Shown: positions 17,412 through 26,800 of the stretch, in pieces
How positions within the stretch are numbered: the stretch's first letter is position 1
How the letters are laid out: the number at the start of each line of letters is the position of its first letter
Source of the DNA: an uncultured Bacteroides sp.
GTDB taxonomy: Bacteria; Bacillota; Clostridia; Christensenellales; CAG-917
Assembly: GCA_964644355.1 (NCBI GenBank)
Contig: CAZXUW010000001.1
Location: forward strand, 4,461-68,460
Direction of reading: 5' to 3'
Length of the DNA stretch: 64,000 nucleotides
The notes under the pieces: model-generated
Databases searched by the model: none
The model's input: only the letters and a program-made list of their open reading frames with translations
Told to the model about the DNA's origin: nothing
Program-made: the position numbers and the translations under genes

Positions 17412-17600
17412 AAAAAAATCTCCGTTTTTTTGCGGAGAAGGACAAAATGCAAAAATCTTGCGACTTTTGCTTGCTACTCCTTCCCAGTCTGACTTTACAG
17501 GCGGTTGCGGAATCTCACCGCATCGGCTGTTGGGGCTGTTGGACTTGTCCGCTCTAGGCGGCATTACCACCGGTTGGGATACACCCACCCAAAGAATAGA
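17412..17600 (-). promoter_or_regulatory. FMN riboswitch (RFN element) with terminator/SD-sequestering expression platform
   Basis: The minus-strand RNA reads CUUUGGGUGGGUGUAUCCCAACCGGUGGUAAU..AGAGCGGACAAGUCC..GCGGUGAGAUUCCGCAACCGCCUGUAAAGUCAGACUGGGAAGGAG. This parallels the RFN consensus (CUUCGGGGCAGGGUGAAAUUCCCGACCGGCGGUA..GGUG.AUUC..AACCGACAGU.AAGUCUGGAUGGGAGAAGGA). Terminator UCUCCG-CAAAAAAA-CGGAGA-U7 (17412-17438) contains the GGAGA SD. Confidence 0.85.
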
Positions 17601-17617
17601 TATTGTTTGATGCGAAG

Positions 17618-17647
17618 ATTATATAACCGTTTTTCTCCATTTGTCAA
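17618..17647 (-). promoter_or_regulatory. Sigma-A-type promoter of the FMN riboswitch-ribU unit
   Basis: On the minus strand: TTGACA (17647-17642), 18 nt, TATAAT (17623-17618). Confidence 0.55.
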
Positions 17648-17708
17648 TCAAAGCGTGTAAAAACATGCCGGGATGGCATGTGAAGATTGTGCAGAATGAA
17701 AATATCTA

Positions 17709-17737
17709 TTGACATTGATCAATATTGGTTGTATTAT
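17709..17737 (+). promoter_or_regulatory. Sigma-A-type promoter of the giant adhesin gene
   Basis: TTGACA (17709-17714), 17 nt, TATTAT (17732-17737). Confidence 0.6.
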
Positions 17738-17814
17738 AGTATCGTATAAAATAATGCGTGTATGCGTGCGAGACGTGCGTGTACGCAATTATCACCAAAC
17801 CCGAGGTGGAATTT

Positions 17815-20800
17815 ATGAGAAACAAATCAATGAGTAGTTCACGTTCAATCGCAAGATTCATGATTCTTGCACTTTGTTTTGTGATGATGTTCACGCTGTC
17901 ATTTGCTTTGATTGAGCAATTGCAAAATGGTGTGGTAGGCGCTGCCGGCACAATCAATGTTTATGATGCCGACTCTTATACCGGTGTAAACATTCAGCCG
18001 GATAACAACGGCTTGTCTGCATACAACACCGGTCTTGAAAGCATTATGATGGGCACCAGCTCTGCAGATGCGAAAACCGAGTGGTCTGTCGGAGACATAA
18101 CTTTTAATGATTGGGAATTTAAAAAATCGGATTTCAGTTATGCATCTGAAAATAGCAAAGTCAAATCTATGGACGTAAGCCAAATAACGCAAGGTGGCTC
18201 AACGGTTACGATTATCAATTCGCCATTGGACGGAAACGATTCCGTTGTGTTTGTTTTCAACGTTGCCTTGCCAAGCTATTTGCAAAAAATGTTGACCGGC
18301 AATGAGGAGTTTTCATTGACGTTTGATGCGGAAATAAACGTTTGCAGAGGTCAAGACGGAACCACCGATTGGAAACGTGCAATGGCAAAAATCGGTGCAT
18401 CTTCCGAGCCGATAAGTGCAACCAATAATAATCACAACGCTATTACTGGTGCAGATGTGGGGGGGAAGAAAAGACACGATAATTTGGGCTATCAATGGAA
18501 CGAAACTCAAAAAGGATACTCAAATGGTTCTTGGAAAGAGAGTGCGTGGGGCTCTGCGTTTAAGTTTTCGTCCGAAACGTTTGTTTTGAATAAACAGACT
18601 CCAAATATATACGTTTGTATCGGCATTGGTGATAGAAGTGGTTGTAATGTTGCATTCAAAGATTTCAAGCTTACAAACGTTAAAATTAAAAAGACAACCG
18701 TTGCAGACAGCGAATCTGTTTCACGTGTGGACGGTGCAAGCCCTGTTGTAAAGAGTCAATATGACACTGCGGTTACAGACAGTTTTGCTCCATACAGAAC
18801 AACAACGCAAAGCACTGAGGATTGGACTGTTTGGTACAGCTCAATTGTGAACAAACTTTCAAGAGCAACTGATAAAGTGAACAATGGTGTGGGTAGCCTT
18901 GCTTCATATACAAATCAGGATCTTGGAACAATTGGTACCGGCAACAATAAGTATTATAAAAAATCATCTATTACGTATCAAGATGCGTACAACTACCTGT
19001 CCGGCAAAGTGTACCAATTGGAATCGTATGAAAGTGACAAGGAAAACGGTACGGCAGTAAAGAACAAATTGGCACAAGAAATCGACATAAACTACGCATC
19101 GGGTATCAAGCAAGTTGTTGTCGGTGACCAATACCAAAATATGGATTCAGAGGCTACAGATAAAACCGAAGGGGCTGTATTTAGACTTTATGAGTTCCAA
19201 AAAGACAGTGAAGGAAATTATATCAGCCAAGGAAAGAGCATTTACGTCGAAGGCAAGATAGTCGGCTGGGCAGTTGTGTCCAAAAACAATAGAGCAGAAG
19301 TTGTGGTTGATACGTATATGTATACAAACGCAACTGTTATCACCAGAGTCTCCGACTATGGCAATATTGCAAACACTTGGAAAATTACATATTCCGGCAT
19401 CGATACAGAGGGACCGAACGTTGAGACAAATGTGGCTAGTGAGAATTATATCGGCACAAATATCGACAATATTGATTGGTATAGAAACGAGACTTTGTCT
19501 GCCGAGTGTGGAATTGACAGCACAGAGGATAGTTCAGATGCAAGTTTTTCTCCATACATTTGGTTCTACAACGTTGAGAGATCGGACACTGGCAGATTCA
19601 ATAGCAATATAGCAGAGTATGACTATTTGGATATAAAAACTCTTGGAATTTTGCCAATTGAATGCGGTGATAGCATTTCATCATTCAACTATGACTTCAA
19701 AAACGGACTTGCATCGGCACTTGGCTCCACGCAAGGGCCAATCAGCGGAGAGGCAAAAGGTGCAGGTTTTTATAGATTTACATTCTACATGTTTGACCTT
19801 GCAGGCAACAAGGGGGGTTACTCCACTTGCGTGATGAAGGTTGACTATGAGGACGTTGAGTATAGCCTTAACTTGAGCTATGGCAGTGGCGATAGCAAAG
19901 TCAACATCGTGCCGTCCAACACAAAAGTTGAGGACTTGAAAGCCAACGAAGTGCTCAACGGCGCATGGGCAACGAGCGATATCACGCTGAAAATCAAAAT
20001 TAACCAGTATAATACAGAAAGTGCAGATTCCTTTGTGGGATTCTCCGGTTATACACTTTCATTTGTGATTGCAGACGAGAAGTATGCATTTGTCGTTGAC
20101 GGATACGGCACTCATAGAAACGATATAATCGGCATCACAAAAGACGAATACGAGACAGTGTTTATGCAATATTTGTCTCCAATGTCTTCATCGGCTATAG
20201 CCGTTTCCAACAACAAGCACACAATTGACGTACAGACAGACATTGGTACTTTGCCTGTTGAGGTTGAATACAATCCGACAGAAAGAGAATTTGCATTCAC
20301 AATCAAGGCAGTGGAAGGCAAAAACTTTGCTTGGACAACAACGTTTGACACAAATCCCGGATGCTACAATAGAATTGGTGACATCGAGGATCTCAACGGT
20401 TACGTCAACGCAAGTTGGAACAGGGGTGTGCAAATGCTTCTTGACTGCACAAGTCCTGAAACTCCAGTTATGATGGATGACGAAAGTGCAGAACAGTTGT
20501 ACATCAACTCTCTTGGCAGTTATGACAGCTTGCCACAGGACAGAGTGTGGTTCACAGAGTCGCTCAAGAGCTATCCTGCAATCATAGAATTCTTTGACGA
20601 TATTATTGACTCGGACTATGCAAGCGGAGTCAACGTATACTATGGCTTCAAGGTGGTCAAGACACTTGACGAGCTCAAAGCACTTGGTGAACAGAAGATC
20701 GAAGATTTGATCGCAAGCAAGTCTTTTGACGGCATGCAGAGCTATTTCAACAAGTCTGACGTCAAAAACGGCTACAACTTCGACAGCAAGAGCACAGAGC

Positions 20801-23800
20801 TTGAAATTGACCTCATCCCCGGTCAAGATGCAGGTATGCGCGTGTTCTATGTTTGGGCAGAGGACCAAGCGGGCAACAAGTCCGCCGTCAACACGTATTA
20901 CGTGTTGGCTGACGTAAATCAATACACGATTTCTGCAACCGCAAAGAGCAATTCCGCCTTTGCAAAGGGCAGTGCAAACATCTCGTTTACAGGTGCAGAC
21001 GGTGTTGCGACAACCACCTTTAAGCGTGGCGAAACGGTTGTGCTATCTCTCGGGCTCATGGATGGTTATTCTCCTTTCTATTTGAGCTTGAACGGCACAA
21101 AACTCCTTGAGAACTATATGCCGAACGCCGATGATAATACCGGAGCGTACATTTGGTCTCAAATTGCAGGCACAACAGCTTATGTATCAACAGACGATTA
21201 TTCAATCGTAAACTACACGGTTGACGATAGCCAAACGCTTGGCAAACTCGATTCAAAACAAAAGTTTGAGTTTGCTCCGAGAAAGGTTGTGGGTTATACG
21301 ATCACGTCCAACAAAGTCGGCTACACCGCAGAACCTACAAACGTGAAGAATCAAGTGGTGTTTGACGATATTGCCACAAAGGACGTATATGAGGTCAGAT
21401 ACCTTGACGGCAGTGGCAACGTGCTCTATGCAACAAAAGACGGCTACACCACGGATATCACCAAGGCAGAGGGCTATAGCACAGATCCCGAGACGTCCAA
21501 TCCAAAGCTCTTTGTGCCGACAAACGTCGGAAATTACAAAGTGGCACTGTTCATTGACAAAAACAATGAGACATATGTGGATGGCAGATTTGCGATGAAC
21601 GATAGTGGTGAGCAAGTGTTGAGCGGTGCTGACTTTGCAATCATCAAAGGTACTGCCGTTATCACAGCAACTCCGTCAACAAGCGTTTACGGTGAGGGGT
21701 ACACGTTCAAATACGCAGTGAGCGGTATCACCGAAAGCGAGCTTATCAAAGACCTCAAGAAAGCGGGTATTCTTGCAGACGATCAAAGCATAATTGACAA
21801 ACTTGCTCTCAACGTTTCCGACTGGAATTCGTCCATAGTGTACAACGTCGGCGCATATCAGATTGTTTGCAAGATTGCATTGAACAACGTCAGTGACAAC
21901 TATGACGTGATTTATGAGGATGCAACGTATACAATCACACAACGTGAAGTGTACGTGTATGCTCTTGGCGGAGAGAAGCAATACAAGCAAGTCGATCCCG
22001 ACCTCAAATTCGGTGTAAGCAAGACTGCATTCTCTGTGGATACTCTTGCAGGCATTTTTGCAGGATACAGACAAGATACACAAGCAACCGCCGATAGCAG
22101 TGAATACGTCGTGTACTATGCAGACGGCAGACTCGCTCGTGAAAGCGGTGAAGTGGTTGGCAAATATAGCTATATCAACACAGCAAGCAGATTTGATGTA
22201 AATTCCAACTATAGAATCGTGCTTCAAACAACAAATACGTTTGAAATCAAGCAAAGAGTGGTCACTCTCGACGCGAGCGGTCAATCAAGCGTATATCCAT
22301 ACGGCACAATGGTGAGCGAAAAGCTTGCCGAGATCAATCCGATCTACCGACTTTCTGCAAGTGACGAGGCTATTGCGGACGAAATTGCAGAGCTTCTCAA
22401 ATCACTCACGCTTGACTCAACTGCAATCACCCTCGATTCAACGGGTTATGATTCAGTGACAGGTTATGGATTTGTGCTCACGGCAGACGAAACAGCCAAC
22501 CTCAAGCTTGTTGTGGATCCAACGGCACAATACGTCATTTACGTGACGGAAGAAAACACAATCATTATCAGAGCAAAAGCCGGTGTGACGTTTGCAAGTG
22601 TATATGGTCTTGTGTCAAGTGAAAACTTCGCATTGCCGTATTCTGCAGACAAATTTGAGATTGTCGGCACACCGAGCGGTGAATATACAAGCATAGCTTG
22701 GACGGCAAACATCGGTGTTGCAAGCAAGCTTGTGGGTGCGGGCAACTATGTTGTGACATTCTCCGATGCAAAACTTATGAATGGCGAAACGGCTCTTGCA
22801 GACAGCGTTGTTGTCGAGAAGGTCGTTTACACGGTAAATCCGGCAAACGTCGTGATCAAACCCGTTGTGCAAAACACCGCAAAGACATATGGTGAGGATG
22901 ACAGCGTTTATGGAATAGATTTTGAAATCGTATCCATCGAAGGCATCACGCCTGAAGAATTTGCAACCGCAATTTCTATGGATGTGAGCGAATTGAAGAA
23001 CGTTATCGTCGGTGCATATTCAAGAGCAATATTTGACAAGAACGGCAACAAGCTCGATTATGCAACAAGATATGACTCTGCAACCGCAAACGACGTCATC
23101 ATCGGCACGGACGGCAGATATTACGGCATAGCAGTTGCAAACAGCTTTGGTTCAAGCAATCCAAACTTCAGCGTTGAAGTATCTTTGGACGATGAGTTGA
23201 AGCTTGCAATCAATGCAAAAGAGATTGCAATCCACACAAAGGATCTCGTTGGTATAAGCAAGTATTACGATGGCACAACGGCTGTGCATTACGGCACGAT
23301 TTCGATGTACAATATCGCAAGCTATCTTGCACGCACTATGGATGACGTTGCTCTCTCTGCAGAGGCAGTGTATGGCTCGCAAGGCTCTGCAAGCACATAC
23401 ACAACGACACATATCGAGATGAACGGCTTCAAACTTGTTGGTGACGATGCTCACAACTACGTGCTTGCAAATATTGTCAACGACGGCGTCAATAGCAGAG
23501 TGGGAAGCTACAGCGATGGCAACTTTGTAACTTTAGAGGGAAGCGAGATTGCAGTCGGTGAAAGCGTGGTTGTTAGAATCTTCTTCATTGACAACACAAG
23601 CAACGCAGAACAAATCTGCATCAACATGGGCTTCATCGGCATTGTCAAGAGCGACATTACCATAACAAAGCAATATGATAATACAAACAAGCTTGACGTA
23701 AGCAATATCTCCTTCAAAAACGGTGCCGGCACAAGCTTGGTGGCAAACAACAAGAATATGATTCTTGTCAGTGAGCTCAGCGGTGTTTTCTCGGGCAGAG

Positions 23801-26800
23801 ACGTTGGCACAAACTATCTCATCAGCAAGGTCACCGTATTCCTTCCGTTCAACGAGGACGATCTTGACGGAATAGACGTCAAGGGTGTCACAAGCGACGA
23901 CGAATATTATGATCCTCAAGTGCAAGTCACAAAGACCACTTACACCGATGCAAACGGCGTTGAACAACACGGCGTGATGATCACAATCTACAGTGTTGGT
24001 GCAACCATCACAAAGCGTGTGCTCAATGCGGATAGCTTCACTTCAATAACGGCTGTTGATCGTGAATACAACGGAAACGAGACTGTCGGCATCAACTATC
24101 AACTTGCAGACGGAGCACTCGGCAAGGGCGATGAAAAGAGCCTTGAGCTTGTGCTCGAGGGCACAATCGACAGCAAGAATGCAGGCAGACATACCGTCAA
24201 GAGCTTTGCTGTCAAGGAGTTGTCCGACAAGGCAAACTACACTGTCGATCTTGACTCTATCGCATCTCGCTTCTCATCTGTAGAGGCTGAGATTTCCAAG
24301 GCAACACTTGTGCCGATCGTCACTTTTGAAGAAAAGATTTACGATGCAACAAGTGCTATCAACGTAACGTCTATCGCACGTACTACAAGCGGAGTGAAGT
24401 TCTACTTTACAACAGCATATGCCGATGAGCTTCAAGCAGAGCTTGGCTGTGTATCCTTTGACACGAGCAAGGTGTCCTTTACACTTTCACTCAACGGCAA
24501 GGCAAATGCAGACGTTCAAGCCAACGGCAAGCACAACGTGCTTGTGTCCGGCATGGAAATCATATTTACGGGCACATCCGCTCAAAAGGCAGACTTCATG
24601 CAAAACTTCAAACTTGCCGGCTCAAGATACAGCAGTTTGGACAATAAATACGTTGCAATCACCGACGTAAGCGAGGGTGCAATTGCAGACTTTGAGCTTC
24701 TTGACTTTGTGGAATTGAAGCAAAAGGAAATCAAGCTTACGTCAAACGACTTCAAGATTGCAGACAAGATCTATGACGGCTCAGCCGATGCAGTGATCAC
24801 AATCGACATCAAAAAGGATGCAGAAGGCAATCAAAGACTCGCACTTGACGAGCATGAAGGTTTGCTTGAAGTGGTTGCAAACGGTAGGTTTGAATCGAGA
24901 TTGGCAAGAGACAATAGCAAAGTTATCATTGACAAAGACAGCATTGAATTGAGAGTCAAGAGCGGTACCGACGGCGCATCCATCATCGGCAACTACAAGC
25001 TCGTTCTCACTTACGATCCTGAGGTGTACGGCAACATCAAGCCACGCCCGGTCGGTGTCAGTGCAAGCTTTGGCACACAAGAATACAACAGTCAAGAAAA
25101 CGTCAAGAACGTAAGTTATACGTTGGACGGCGTTTTGGAGGCTGACAAGCGCAAATTGACAGTCCGCACAGTTGGCGGAGCATACTTTGACGACAAGAAC
25201 GTTGCTTTGGACGTTGACGGAAACATCATCGCAAAGAACGGCACCGCATACGGTGTTGAACTCAGCAACGATCTTGCAAGCAACTATACCGCAACAATCA
25301 AGTCTGCAACGGAAATTGCAGGCAGAAAGCTTGTTGCATACGTCAAAGACAACGGCGATTGGGTGTACAAATCAGCGGTTGCAAGCGAAGACGAGGGCAA
25401 AGTCGCAAACTACTACTATGCGCTTGAAACAACTCAAAAATACATCCTTGCATCGAGCACTGATAAGCTTGCATCGGCAATAGCAGATAATGCAATCGTC
25501 GGCTTCAACATCATCGGTGGCAAAGACGTGTATATGCTCGCATCCGATTATACGGGTGACGAATATACAGGAGAGGGCAGCTATTATGACGGCGAGCTTG
25601 CCGAGGCACTTGCTTATGTATACGGCGAGGGTACAGTCACAAAACGTGTTGTTAGAATCAGCTCAAGCGGTATCCAAAAAGCAGTAGATTCATTGGCATT
25701 CACCAAACAGTATGACGGCACAGCAAAGTTCACAGGCGTGAATGGTATAGATTATTTCGTTACATCGGCGGCGGTCAGCAATGTTATCGAAGGCGACGAG
25801 GTGCTTATTGAAAGCGTAACAGCCATGTATGAGAGTGTCAGAGTCGGCTCCACAAACGTTGTGTTTACAATATCCGGCATCACCGGTAAGGATCGCTCCA
25901 ACTACACCGAAGTGGGCACTGCATCTTTGAGTGTCCGCCTCTCTGCAACGATCACACCTATGACGATAGACGCACAACTTGCGGATGCACAGCGTGTGTA
26001 CGGCTCAAATGAAACGCCGAGCAACGTTGTATACTCAATCAACGGAAGTGAATTGATCAAAGACGGCAAATTGTTCTATATGAACTACAAAGAGTGGCTT
26101 GTCGCAACAGGCTTTATCGCAGACGTAGCAAGCTCCGTTGACGAGGCAGACAAAGTCTATGTCGAGAGCGAGAGTATGTTGGCAAGAAGATATAATCTTG
26201 TTGATGGCGCGTTTGTTGCGGATAACGCAGGCGAATACATCCGCATGGGTGGTTCAAACGACACGATCACCGAGTTGCCAAAGGCAAGAGCACAATTCAC
26301 ATCAACCAAGCCCAATGCGGGCACAACCGCAGAGTCCTACACGTTGACTTCCGGCAAAGCCGCAAACTACGTATTCAACCCAATCTATACACACGGTGAT
26401 ACAAGCACGCTTGAAGTCGTCAAGAAAGACATTTATATCGTGACAGAGACAAAGGACTTTGCAAAGACCTATGGCAGTGCAAATCCTGAAATCAAGCTGT
26501 CCGTATTGGATGCAAGCGGTGCAAACGGATTTGCTTCCAACGACCAATGGAACACCATCTTCAAGGTAGGCAGTGTGGATTATGGCCCTGTTGCCAAAGT
26601 TGGCATATTCAACCGCACGACGGGCAAGATCGTCAAGACGGATGATATGGCAAAGATAAGCGCAGCCCTTGGCGATGACGAGGTGTACGTATTCTATCTT
26701 GAAGCTCCAACCGGTGCAAATTATTCAAGCATTGCAAACTACACAATTCACTATCAAGATATTGACGGCGTGTCAAAAGACGGCAACTCGAATGCAGTGT

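Noticed and set aside
17600-17760. I considered an invertible promoter or phase-variation switch in front of the giant adhesin, and similarly at 28390-28560 and 4200-4340.
   Set aside because: No pair of inverted repeats brackets the promoters. Only a single local 7-bp hairpin (17663-81) and AT-rich micro-palindromes are present, and no recombinase gene is in the window.
20188-20922. Long antisense ORFs lie inside rpoB (55693-56577), metK (63221-63919), rpiB (31716-32231) and the giant adhesin (20188-20922, 21676-22284).
   Set aside because: All lie opposite confidently identified genes and have Cys/His/Val-rich junk-like composition with no initiation signals. They are typical shadow ORFs.
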